Origin: a virus
Taxonomy: Duplodnaviria > Caudoviricetes
Strand: one strand, 5' to 3'
Length of the DNA: 51,177 nt
IMG/VR virus record: IMGVR_UViG_3300045282_000148
Coordinates: 1 to 51,177 of that record
This document shows positions 9,406-17,589 of the stretch, one piece after another. Every line of letters begins with the position of its first letter. The first letter of the stretch is position 1. The notes beneath the pieces are model-generated. The model had not been told where the DNA came from and did no database searches. It worked only from the letters and a program-made list of their open reading frames with translations. Both the position numbers and the translations under genes were made by a program.

Positions 9406-10734
9406 TTATTGAATGGTTGTCGCGATAAGATTAGCAGCCACGAAGTTCAAGGCTCCCGCGGAGGGCGCCACGTCGATTCCGGCGAAGAGACTGATAATAT
9501 CCCCTGCCGCGGCCGTATAGAGAATTTCCGGTATTTCGTAGATGCCTAGCGTCTCGCTCGTCGTCGTGACGATCGGGACGACAAGCGTCCGCGTTGAGTT
9601 GGCCAGATCGGCAGCCGTGTTATTCGTCCGGCGAATCTTCACCGTGAGGGTACGGGTCGCGGCGAACGTCGCCCCGGATAGGTCGACTTGGAAGCTGCCG
9701 CGGAGCGAATACTTGCCGGCGGTTGCGAGCGTTAGGGTTGGACTCGTGGTCCCAAAGACAACAGCCGCGCTCGCGTTCGTAACCGTATAGGCCGTGCCGG
9801 CCGCATAGGCTTGCAGACCTATCGCCCGCAAGCCATTGACATCAATCTTGACCTTCGTCGCGTCCGAATATCCGATTTGAGTCGTCTGCGTCGTCGAGTT
9901 GGTAATGTTCTGCCCGATGGCATTGGAGTTGAGCAGAGTTCCGGTGACATTCACCGTTTGACCCATAGCAAAGCAATGGGAGGCATGACTACCGGGGGCG
10001 GCGCCAGTAACAGTCCCGCCGCAGATTGAAAACGACTCGTCGGCGTCGACAATATCGCTCGTATTGAACGAGACCGAGTTATTGCATTGGGTAATTCCGT
10101 CCGTTGAGAACACGTCAGCGCCAGCCCCAGCCATGTTCGTCTGGCCGGTGACGTTATTAAATCGTAGCGTGTCCATCGTCACGCTGCCGGCCGCGTCGAA
10201 CGCCCCAGGGCCGTAATAGATTAGCTCCCCGGCATTCGTGGGCATCGACGCCCAATAGGTCGCATTTGGCGGTTCATGTCCTGTATGGGCCGTAATGCAG
10301 TAATACCACAAGCCAGTACCAGCCGCGTCATTGACGACGTCATTGGCGACGTAGGCCGTTCCTACCAGCCACGGACCTTTCCAGTTGAAGTCACCGAGCA
10401 GAACGCCTTTATTAACGCCAGTCACTCGCGAGACACCCGTGGGGAGCGGGAACTTTCCTACGAACGATATGGCCGTTAGATTACCGCTGCCGTCGGATGT
10501 AAGGTGGGCTGAGTCAAAGCTGACTGTGGCGCCATTGAGGACGCTTTGGCCGTTAAGATCGAGGCTACACGGAAGCTTGAACACTGGCGCCGCGCCGACA
10601 TCGACCAAGCCAGCGCTGTTGAGAATGACCGTCGAGTACAGTAAGTCGCGGAGAAGCTGAGCAGTAATCACCCCGCTCGTATTGTCGGCAAAGTCGGTGA
10701 CGAGTTGAGCGCGGGTTTGATATGCGTCGGCCAT
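9406..10734 (-). CDS. Putative tail fibre / virion protein
   Basis: 442 aa, Thr/Ala/Gly-rich; WLVGTAYVANDVV...YYCITAHTGHEPPNATYW resembles a small carbohydrate-binding module. Confidence 0.6.
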   Translation of the reverse strand: MADAYQTRAQLVTDFADNTSGVITAQLLRDLLYSTVILNSAGLVDVGAAPVFKLPCSLDLNGQSVLNGATVSFDSAHLTSDGSGNLTAISFVGKFPLPTGVSRVTGVNKGVLLGDFNWKGPWLVGTAYVANDVVNDAAGTGLWYYCITAHTGHEPPNATYWASMPTNAGELIYYGPGAFDAAGSVTMDTLRFNNVTGQTNMAGAGADVFSTDGITQCNNSVSFNTSDIVDADESFSICGGTVTGAAPGSHASHCFAMGQTVNVTGTLLNSNAIGQNITNSTTQTTQIGYSDATKVKIDVNGLRAIGLQAYAAGTAYTVTNASAAVVFGTTSPTLTLATAGKYSLRGSFQVDLSGATFAATRTLTVKIRRTNNTAADLANSTRTLVVPIVTTTSETLGIYEIPEILYTAAAGDIISLFAGIDVAPSAGALNFVAANLIATTIQ

Positions 10735-10751
10735 TCCTAAGTCCTTTATGC

Positions 10752-10901
10752 CTAATGAAATGCGGCACTAAACGCCGACGAGAATTGCACAGTTACAACA
10801 GTTCCCCCGGAGAGCTGGAGAACATAGGGATCGGCCGCCGTTCCGCTGCCCGTGACCGAGAAGAACGCGCCGGTGCCAAAGACTGGGGCACTAGTGGCCA
10901 T
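10752..10901 (-). CDS. 49-aa protein not in ORF track, paralogous to N-terminus of 8693..9139
   Basis: MATSAPVFGTGAFFSVTGSGTAADPYVLQLSGGTVVTVQFSSAFSAAFH fills the operon gap. Confidence 0.65.
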   Translation of the reverse strand: MATSAPVFGTGAFFSVTGSGTAADPYVLQLSGGTVVTVQFSSAFSAAFH

Positions 10902-11112
10902 TGCGCAGCTCCTGTTCGCGGCGTTGCTGCTCCTGACCGATCCGGGCGAACTCGTTCATCAGTGCTTCGATCCGCTGGGCAATGTCTATGGCTTGTTCTC
11001 GCGGCGGTAAGTGCTCGCCACGGCCCTGGACCAACATAGCGCAACCTAGCTGCACGCCGTCAATCTGGGGCACTGCGGGCGTGCCGTTAGGAGTCACTAT
11101 GCGATTGTTCAT
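10891..11112 (-). CDS. Hypothetical protein
   Basis: 73 aa, coupled in minus operon. Confidence 0.55.
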   Translation of the reverse strand: MNNRIVTPNGTPAVPQIDGVQLGCAMLVQGRGEHLPPREQAIDIAQRIEALMNEFARIGQEQQRREQELRNGH

Positions 11113-11540
11113 GTGGTCTTCGCGGCGACGGCCGGCTGAGGGGCAGGTTTTACTTTGACGACGTCCTCTGCCTTTTTCTTCTCGGCAGCCTCAGCGTCTT
11201 TAGCAGCCTTCGCAGCAGCCTTGGCTTGACGATGCCTTTCGACAGCTTTTTCCAGTGCTTCAGCGTCGGCCTCCGACTCCCCCAAATTCTTAAGGGCGGA
11301 CGTAAGCCGCAACTCCGCGACGTCGGCGTCCTTTTGGACTTGAACCGGAGTGCGCTGCTCATGCTCGGTCAACAAGTGAGCTGCTGCCTCTTGAGCCGCT
11401 GCATAGGCTTCACACTCGACCAGCACTTCTCCGGCAATAGCAACCGCAGTTGCCGCAAGCTGATCCTTCGGCACGGTGCCGTGCACGCCCGCGGCTATCG
11501 TGATCGCAGCAGATTCGAGCTTGGTCATGTCAGTTGCCAT
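11109..11540 (-). CDS. Ala/Lys-rich hypothetical protein
   Basis: 143 aa, GGGAGGA RBS. Confidence 0.65.
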   Translation of the reverse strand: MATDMTKLESAAITIAAGVHGTVPKDQLAATAVAIAGEVLVECEAYAAAQEAAAHLLTEHEQRTPVQVQKDADVAELRLTSALKNLGESEADAEALEKAVERHRQAKAAAKAAKDAEAAEKKKAEDVVKVKPAPQPAVAAKTT

Positions 11541-11757
11541 TGGATTCCTCCCTTAAGTTTGTTTCCCGTGCACGCTGTACCGCTTCCCATGCCTCGCATG
11601 CGCTCTCGTAGTCCGGTGCCTCGATCCTGGCCAACCGCTGCGCCTGCCTGCCTGGCTCTTCCCAAACTGGTTCCGGCCCCTCAACGATTATCACCTCGCC
11701 ATATGCCCGCCAAACGCCGTAGGATCGCTCAGGTTGCGTTGCTGGGTCGGTGGGCAT
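11530..11757 (-). CDS. Hypothetical protein, first gene of minus operon
   Basis: 75 aa overlapping next gene. Confidence 0.5.
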   Translation of the reverse strand: MPTDPATQPERSYGVWRAYGEVIIVEGPEPVWEEPGRQAQRLARIEAPDYESACEAWEAVQRARETNLREESNGN

Positions 11758-11823
11758 AGGGTTTCAATTGGGCGTTTTGAGGGCGTGTAGAGCGATTGAG
11801 CCTAGTTTTCTCGAATGTTTCTT

Positions 11824-11850
11824 ACGTTAGCAGGCCGACGGCCTAATAAT
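11824..11850 (-). promoter_or_regulatory. Candidate late promoter ATTATTAGGCCG-N9-TAACGT
   Basis: Same 12-mer and spacing to a -10-like box as 41006-41032. Confidence 0.5.
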
Positions 11851-11906
11851 GCGGCAGAATCCGGCAATCAGTTGCGGTTTGCCCCATTCGCCGCTATAGT
11901 CCTGGT

Positions 11907-12236
11907 ATGAGCGACAAACGCCGCAACACTCTAGACGAGTGCTCTCGGCCTAAGCTCCGCGAAATGCTGGAAGCGACCGAGCGGATTGCGCCAAACGGAC
12001 CCGCCGTCAAGATCATTCGCGAGGCAATCGAGCGGGCCGAGCGTGCTATCGGGGTAGATGCCCTGCTCTCAATCGCTGGATTGGCTAAGCGCTGGGGCTG
12101 TAGGCGTCAGCAGGTTGCACGACTTTTAGACCGTGGCGACGTTGAGTTCACGCTCATTGCTGGCCGCAGACTTATTCCCACGACGACAATTTCGCTGAAA
12201 ATGCCTCGGCGCCAACCTGGGCGTCGTAAAATCTAG
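11907..12236 (+). CDS. Excisionase-like (HTH_17-type) DNA-binding protein
   Basis: LLSIAGLAKRWGCRRQQVARLLDRGDVEFTLIAGRRLIP; upstream TTGCGG-17-TATAGT, leaderless. Confidence 0.7.
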   Translation: MSDKRRNTLDECSRPKLREMLEATERIAPNGPAVKIIREAIERAERAIGVDALLSIAGLAKRWGCRRQQVARLLDRGDVEFTLIAGRRLIPTTTISLKMPRRQPGRRKI

Positions 12237-12763
12237 CGAAGCGATCCGAGCATTGGATCGTATTCGTTTGTTGCGGCGGGACACAAATACCGTGACCATT
12301 CTTCTCTATTCTTGCGGTTGACGTGCCGCAATCGCTTGCCAACAGCAGCGTCAAGCAGATCGCACAAATTGGGATCGGCCTCAACGAAGGCGAGTGACCA
12401 TTTCGCGCGTTGCAAACGCCTCCGTAAGACTCCGCGTTCAAAATCATCGTCGATACGCGGTGGGCTTGTACCGGCCCGATTGAGTAACAGCCCAGCCGGA
12501 AGATGCCGCATGAAAAATGCGATTGTTTCCAGTTCGGCAGCGATTGATTTGTTATTTTCAGCGCTCGGGAATTCTTGGATGACCTCTAAGGCCGGTTTCA
12601 ATCCATTTCGTTTTAGATCAGCAATCCAAAGGTCTTTCGGCCGACCACGGTTCAGTTCTGATAAATGATTTCCGAGCCTCTGGACCGGATTGCAAGACAG
12701 CCCGATATATCGCACCCGATTAGTCCGTGGATCTTTGAGAGCATACAAATAATCCATTTTCAT
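12233..12763 (-). CDS. GIY-YIG endonuclease
   Basis: YLYALKDPRTNRVRYIGLSCNPVQRLGNH...ELETI...LLN. Confidence 0.85.
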   Translation of the reverse strand: MKMDYLYALKDPRTNRVRYIGLSCNPVQRLGNHLSELNRGRPKDLWIADLKRNGLKPALEVIQEFPSAENNKSIAAELETIAFFMRHLPAGLLLNRAGTSPPRIDDDFERGVLRRRLQRAKWSLAFVEADPNLCDLLDAAVGKRLRHVNRKNREEWSRYLCPAATNEYDPMLGSLR

Positions 12764-12773
12764 CTCCTCATGA

Positions 12774-12802
12774 TTGACAGTTCTACAAACGCTGGCTAGT
12801 AT
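12774..12802 (+). promoter_or_regulatory. sigma70-like promoter, leaderless
   Basis: TTGACA-17-TAGTAT, ATG 6 nt downstream. Confidence 0.75.
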
Positions 12803-12808
12803 ATCGGC

Positions 12809-13021
12809 ATGAACCAGAAAAATCCAGCCGCCGTAGCCCTCGGAAAACTCCGAGCGAGCAAAGACCCAGCCGCATGGTCAGCCCATTGCAGTCGCGCCGG
12901 AAAGGCTAGGCGACTTAAGCTCTCAGCCAAACGGCGAAAGGAAATCGCTGCTTCCGGTGGCCTGGCTAAGGCCGCAAACGCTAAAAAGTCCGAGAATTCT
13001 GGGGCCAAAAAATCCGCTTGA
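12809..13021 (+). CDS. Small basic protein (KNPAAVALG...ARxxKLSxxRRxEIA type), probable nucleic-acid binder
   Basis: 70 aa, Lys/Ala/Arg-rich with recognisable motif. Confidence 0.7.
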   Translation: MNQKNPAAVALGKLRASKDPAAWSAHCSRAGKARRLKLSAKRRKEIAASGGLAKAANAKKSENSGAKKSA

Positions 13022-13046
13022 CATGCTTGCCAACGCTGGTTATAAT
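13018..13046 (+). promoter_or_regulatory. Consensus sigma70 early promoter
   Basis: TTGACA-17-TATAAT. Confidence 0.9.
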
Positions 13047-13052
13047 CAGGGC

Positions 13053-13310
13053 ATGAGTGGAACAACGAACACTAACGCAAAGGGGAGTGAGATGAACAGC
13101 TACAAAATTACCTTTCAAGACCGCACAGAGCAAAAGCAGTACGTCATCCAAGCCCGCACATTCGGCGAAGCGCTGGACGCTTGCGATTACTTGCCACATT
13201 CCGATTGGGAAGTCGTGTTGATTGTGCGAGTGAAGGATTCGGAGACGGCCCATGATCGCAGCATGGCGATTGTAAACGGCTGGGCTGCATTGCAAAGGAG
13301 TGCCAGATGA
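13053..13310 (+). CDS. Early hypothetical protein (start 13053 or 13092)
   Basis: Follows the promoter; AAGGGGAG RBS before 13092. Confidence 0.6.
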   Translation: MSGTTNTNAKGSEMNSYKITFQDRTEQKQYVIQARTFGEALDACDYLPHSDWEVVLIVRVKDSETAHDRSMAIVNGWAALQRSAR

Positions 13311-13582
13311 CCGAGACGACGAAATACAAACCTGGACCATGGACCCATGACGGCGATTGCGTCGAATCGAACAGAGGCACGGTTGCCGAAACCTATGGCT
13401 TCGATCAAGAGGAGATGGAGGCCAACGCTAGGCTCATTGCCTCAGCGCCTGATTTGCTCGCGGCGTGCAAGCGGGCAGCCGCAGCCGTCGGAAGTGCTGC
13501 AAGTCACGGTCAATATTATTCGGACGCGATCGAGGCTGATCTCAAGGCCGCAATCGCCAAAGCGGAAGGAACAGACGCATGA
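13307..13582 (+). CDS. Conserved phage hypothetical protein
   Basis: PGPW...EANARLIASAPDLLAAC...AAIAKAEG motif common in phage early regions. Confidence 0.8.
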   Translation: MTETTKYKPGPWTHDGDCVESNRGTVAETYGFDQEEMEANARLIASAPDLLAACKRAAAAVGSAASHGQYYSDAIEADLKAAIAKAEGTDA

Positions 13583-13818
13583 TACTCGCACGAACGGACT
13601 CGACGCCGAAACGCTGGTTCATGTTCCGCAAGGGCGAACACCATTACGTGATTGAATATGTTTTGACCTATCGCGGCGTCGTAGCCGCGTCTCGAGCGGC
13701 ATTCAAGATGGCGCTGTTCACAAAAGATGCCGGGCTACAAGTCGCCGACGCGGCGCAGATTATGTGGGAACTGGAGCGTGAGCTTGCGAAGTACGAACAA
13801 CTCAAGAGGGCAGCATGA
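13579..13818 (+). CDS. Hypothetical protein
   Basis: ATGA-coupled. Confidence 0.6.
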   Translation: MILARTDSTPKRWFMFRKGEHHYVIEYVLTYRGVVAASRAAFKMALFTKDAGLQVADAAQIMWELERELAKYEQLKRAA

Positions 13819-14036
13819 ATAACCCCGACAGCCGCCAACAATCGGAATTAGTAAAGGTCGGCCACAGAAACGGGGCCGTATTCCTTCGGCTCATTCGCAA
13901 GACCTCCTTAGGACGCACCTCGACTCTAGCCATACTGACACCGGCGCACGCAGATGAGATCGCCGATCAGCTACGCGATTGCGCCAGGCGTGCGAGGAAA
14001 GAACCGAAATGGCCACGTTTCAAGATATGCAAATGA
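13815..14036 (+). CDS. Hypothetical protein
   Basis: ATGA-coupled. Confidence 0.6.
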   Translation: MNNPDSRQQSELVKVGHRNGAVFLRLIRKTSLGRTSTLAILTPAHADEIADQLRDCARRARKEPKWPRFKICK

Positions 14037-14356
14037 TAAATCCCAACAGCCGCCAACAGAGCCGCGAGGACGAACTACGCGGCGAATCCGAGGACCGGCA
14101 GCAGGCGGCATACCGAAACTGTCAAGCCTCGGACACGCTTACCGAAGTAACGGAATGCGTCGAGTCGATGCTTAAGCACTTCGCCAATCTCGATGCGATG
14201 CCGGCAGATTATCGCTTTGACCGCTATTCCATCGCCGGGTTCCTGATGTGGGCGCGGCGAGACTTGGAGCGGGCCGCGAAGCTGTTGGGGATGAATCAGG
14301 AGCCGGCACCGTTGCCGCCTTTGACCACGGAAGAATTACACGCGTTGCCTTTCTGA
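14033..14356 (+). CDS. Hypothetical protein
   Basis: ATGA-coupled start 14033 (alternative 14009). Confidence 0.6.
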   Translation: MINPNSRQQSREDELRGESEDRQQAAYRNCQASDTLTEVTECVESMLKHFANLDAMPADYRFDRYSIAGFLMWARRDLERAAKLLGMNQEPAPLPPLTTEELHALPF

Positions 14357-14367
14357 GGGGAGTAACA

Positions 14368-15366
14368 ATGACGACAGAATTAGCGGAAATTACCGAGCAG
14401 CCTGACGGATTGACAGTGATCGACGGTCAGCACGTCACCAATCCGACTGAGGAGCGTAATCGTGCTGTGGCCGAGCTGTTGGCTCCTGCCTATGCGAACG
14501 CTACCAATGTCAAACTGACCAAGGCGGAGCGTGAGGCCCTAATGGCGCCATTCGACGACCGGGACTACTCACGCGGCGCCGGCGGAAAGAACGAGCTGAT
14601 TTACCTAGGACATGCCCACCTGCGGAATCGGCTCCATACGGTCTTGGGAATTGGCGCCGTGATGCCAGTGCGGCGCCGGGAGTGGTCGGAGGAGTTCACG
14701 ACCAACAAGAACGAGCGGGCGGTTCGCGTTTACGTGGATGTCGTGCTTGTTATCCGCGGCTGTGCCGTCGGCGACGCGATCGGCTCGGCGGTCTATTATC
14801 CGAACAACGCCAGCAGCGACTTTTCGGACGCGATGGAATCAGCCAAGTCGAATGCATTCCTACGCTGCTGCAAGGAATTCGGCGTCGGGCTGGACCCGTG
14901 GAAGCCGGGATGGTCGGACGCTTGGAAGGTCCGCGAGAAGGCCGGATTAAAGCCTAAGGCGGCCGCCCCGTATCCGGATGAAGAGGCCCAAATCAAACTC
15001 GCCAAATCAATCGAATTGTTCATCGGCTCGAAACTCACACGCGAGAACGCCGACCAGTGCAAACAACAAATCGTGGATCGCGGTTCCGAGGTCGGATTGT
15101 CGGCCGCCGAAGTGGCTCGACTACAGCGGATGGTCGATGCGCAGTTAGCGAAACCCCAGCCAGCCAAGACGACGTTCGAGGAATTGAAGGCGCTGATTAA
15201 CGCATCCGACACGATGGAAAAGGTGGACTTCGCCAAGAACGAAATCGGCGACGCCGCCGACGCTCAGAAGATAACGGGGATGGAGTGTGAAAATCTTTCG
15301 GCGATGCTCAATGCTCAAGTGATTGTAATTATGAAAGGCATGGAGACCGCCGCAGCGGCAACGTAA
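14368..15366 (+). CDS. Rad52/Mgm101-like single-strand annealing protein
   Basis: LIYLGHAHLRNRLHTVLG...SDAMESAKSNAFLRCCKEFGVGLDPW; GAGGGGAG RBS. Confidence 0.8.
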   Translation: MTTELAEITEQPDGLTVIDGQHVTNPTEERNRAVAELLAPAYANATNVKLTKAEREALMAPFDDRDYSRGAGGKNELIYLGHAHLRNRLHTVLGIGAVMPVRRREWSEEFTTNKNERAVRVYVDVVLVIRGCAVGDAIGSAVYYPNNASSDFSDAMESAKSNAFLRCCKEFGVGLDPWKPGWSDAWKVREKAGLKPKAAAPYPDEEAQIKLAKSIELFIGSKLTRENADQCKQQIVDRGSEVGLSAAEVARLQRMVDAQLAKPQPAKTTFEELKALINASDTMEKVDFAKNEIGDAADAQKITGMECENLSAMLNAQVIVIMKGMETAAAAT

Positions 15367-15381
15367 CCACTGGGGAAATCA

Positions 15382-16362
15382 ATGGCAACCGATACCGAAG
15401 TGTCTGTGATTGAACGGCCAGAGTTGGCGGAATTCCGCCGGCAAGACGTGGCAATAGCCAAGCTGGCCGAAGATTATTTGCCGCTCAAGGTGAACGGCAT
15501 TAACGACAAGAAGGGCTTGCAGGTCGTTCACGCCGCGCGAATGGACGTGAAGGCCAAGCGGGTTGCTGTGGAAAAGACCCGCAAGGACTTGAAAGCCGAT
15601 GCCCTGCGGTTCGGTCAGATGGTAGACGCGGAAGCGAAACGCCTGACGGCATTGATCGAGCCGATTGAGTACCACCTTGCATCTGAGGAACACAAGATTC
15701 AGGAAGAGAAGGACCGGATCAAGAAGATCGAAGAAGATGCCAAGAAGGCCGCTTGGCAAAAGCGGATCGATGCGATGACTGCGGTTGGTGCGGTGTTCTC
15801 TCCACTTGATCTGCGCGACATGACCGAGACGACATTCGCCCAGTTCCTTGCCGATGCAACCAAGGCGCATGCCGAGAAGGCACGTAAGGAAGCCGAAGAG
15901 GCAGAGGCCAAACGGCTGGCCGATGAGAAGGCCGCCGCCGAGCGAGCCAATCAAGAGGCCGAACTGAAAGCCGAACGCGAACGGCTGGCAGCGATCCAAC
16001 GCGAGCAAGAGGCTGAACGAGCCAAGCTCCGCGAAGAACGCGAGAAGATCGAACGCGAAGAGGCCACCCGTCGCCGAGCCGTCGAGTTGGAAAACGCCAA
16101 GCGTGAGGCCGCTGAGAAGGCGCGCGTCGAAACTGAGCGACGACTTGCCGAGGATGCCTCCGCCGAGAAGGCGAAGGCTGAGGCATTGGAAGCCGCACGA
16201 CTCAAAGCTGAATCTGAGCGGCCCTACCGAGAACAGCTACAGGCGCTCGCCAAGCGAATCAGCGACATCGAGATACCGTCCGGTCCAGCCGACCGACAAG
16301 TCGATAAGGCACTGACGACATGTGCAGCCAAGATTCGTGAGATTGCAGCCGGGCAATTATGA
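15382..16362 (+). CDS. Long coiled-coil protein of recombination module (DUF1351-like)
   Basis: AVEKTRKDLKADALRFGQMVDAEAKRLTALIEPIE followed by E/A/R/K-rich helix. Confidence 0.7.
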   Translation: MATDTEVSVIERPELAEFRRQDVAIAKLAEDYLPLKVNGINDKKGLQVVHAARMDVKAKRVAVEKTRKDLKADALRFGQMVDAEAKRLTALIEPIEYHLASEEHKIQEEKDRIKKIEEDAKKAAWQKRIDAMTAVGAVFSPLDLRDMTETTFAQFLADATKAHAEKARKEAEEAEAKRLADEKAAAERANQEAELKAERERLAAIQREQEAERAKLREEREKIEREEATRRRAVELENAKREAAEKARVETERRLAEDASAEKAKAEALEAARLKAESERPYREQLQALAKRISDIEIPSGPADRQVDKALTTCAAKIREIAAGQL

Positions 16363-16376
16363 AACCAGGTCGTCCG

Positions 16377-16425
16377 GCGCCGGTCGGGAAACATACCACT
16401 CCCCTGGTCCCGGCCGGCGCTTTTT
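16377..16425 (+). terminator. Intrinsic terminator
   Basis: GCGCCGGTCGGGA...TCCCGGCCGGCGC-TTTTT. Confidence 0.75.
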
Positions 16426-16616
16426 GGAGTCAATCATGGAACGCGAATCAGCCTTTGATACCCGCCCCCGTTGTGGCCGCCGCTTCCGCGTGCTAGCTGA
16501 TGAATCTGGCGGCCACGACTGCCCCTCGTGCGGACATAGGCCGGAGGATGAAGAAGAGGCGGAGTGGCAAGACCGCTTCATCGAAAACGACTGCGAAGAA
16601 TAATTCCCAATCGCTA

Positions 16617-16644
16617 TTGACAGACAGGAGGGGATTCTTACAAT
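16617..16644 (+). promoter_or_regulatory. sigma70-like promoter
   Basis: TTGACA-16-TACAAT. Confidence 0.7.
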
Positions 16645-16651
16645 CGGCGGC

Positions 16652-16820
16652 ATGGTGAGAGAGTTGCCGATTCCCGTCGCGTAAAACACCGCTGGCGTCG
16701 ATCTAGCGCGCAGCTCTCTCACCAGAAATCTGGCGCTTCGGCGCCAGCGGTTTCCTTTTAGGAAGGCGTCCAGGAGCGCCGACCGACACGACCCACGGAC
16801 GCGGCCTAGGGAGGGCCGGG
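16652..16820 (+). promoter_or_regulatory. Structured leader / attenuator-like switch of replication operon
   Basis: 16653-16667 pairs with 16710-16724; 16688-16701 pairs with 16738-16751 then TTCCTTTT; UUCG hairpin; GGA-loop hairpins before RBS. Confidence 0.65.
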
Positions 16821-16824
16821 AGTT

Positions 16825-17589
16825 ATGGCTAATCAAGCCTACGAGTACCATCCGCTCGCCAAGAAGTTCCCCAGGATGGCCCCCGATGTATTCAAGGCGT
16901 TCTGCGCCGACATTAGGGAACGCGGCCTAGATAAGCCGATCGAATTGCTCGACGGGATGATCTTCGACGGCCGGCATCGCTACGAAGCGTGTCTGCAAGA
17001 GGGCGTTGAGCCGCGATTTGTTGAGCTTGCCGACGGTACCGACGGCGAAGGTTATGTCCGAGCCGTCAACGTGCTAAGGCGGCATCTGAGTCAGGACGAT
17101 ATTGCGGCGTGGCTTGTCGATAAACGCAACGGCCAGAAAGAGTTAGAGCAAGGTGGGCAAAAAGTGCCCACCCCATCTAACAGACAATTAGCCCGCGATG
17201 CAGGAATTCACAAGACGGCAGTCGATGCGGCGGATGCTGTTGCGAAAAAAGCATCTCCGGAACTGAAAGCGGCTGTCGAATCTGGCGAAGTTAAGCCCCG
17301 CGATGCCGCGAAGATCGTCAACAAATCTCCGACTGTGCAACGCAAGGCCGTTGAGCGTGTCAAGAAGGGCGAAGCCAAGACGGTGAAGGAAGCCGTCTCC
17401 GGCAAAAAGGGAAAGCCGGTCGCTCCGGCCTTCGCTCCGTTTAAGGAGATCGACGCACTCTGCGGTAAAGCCCTGAATCGAATAGACCATCTTGCCGACA
17501 AGCATCCCGGAAAGTTTCACAAGCAAGCTATCGAGGCGCAAAAGCACGTCATGCAAGTCGTCAAGGATTGGTGGAGATCGGTTAAATGA
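16825..17589 (+). CDS. ParB-like N-terminal domain protein
   Basis: HPLAKKFPRM...DIRERGLDKPIELLDGMIFDGRHRYEAC...NVLRRHL plus HTH-like segment. Confidence 0.85.
   Translation: MANQAYEYHPLAKKFPRMAPDVFKAFCADIRERGLDKPIELLDGMIFDGRHRYEACLQEGVEPRFVELADGTDGEGYVRAVNVLRRHLSQDDIAAWLVDKRNGQKELEQGGQKVPTPSNRQLARDAGIHKTAVDAADAVAKKASPELKAAVESGEVKPRDAAKIVNKSPTVQRKAVERVKKGEAKTVKEAVSGKKGKPVAPAFAPFKEIDALCGKALNRIDHLADKHPGKFHKQAIEAQKHVMQVVKDWWRSVK

Noticed and set aside
3624-11757. Recombinase-driven invertible fibre segment
   Set aside because: No flanking inverted repeats or invertase found; block includes terminase
11907-12236. Integration/excision module
   Set aside because: Excisionase-like HTH present but no tyrosine or serine integrase or att site recognised
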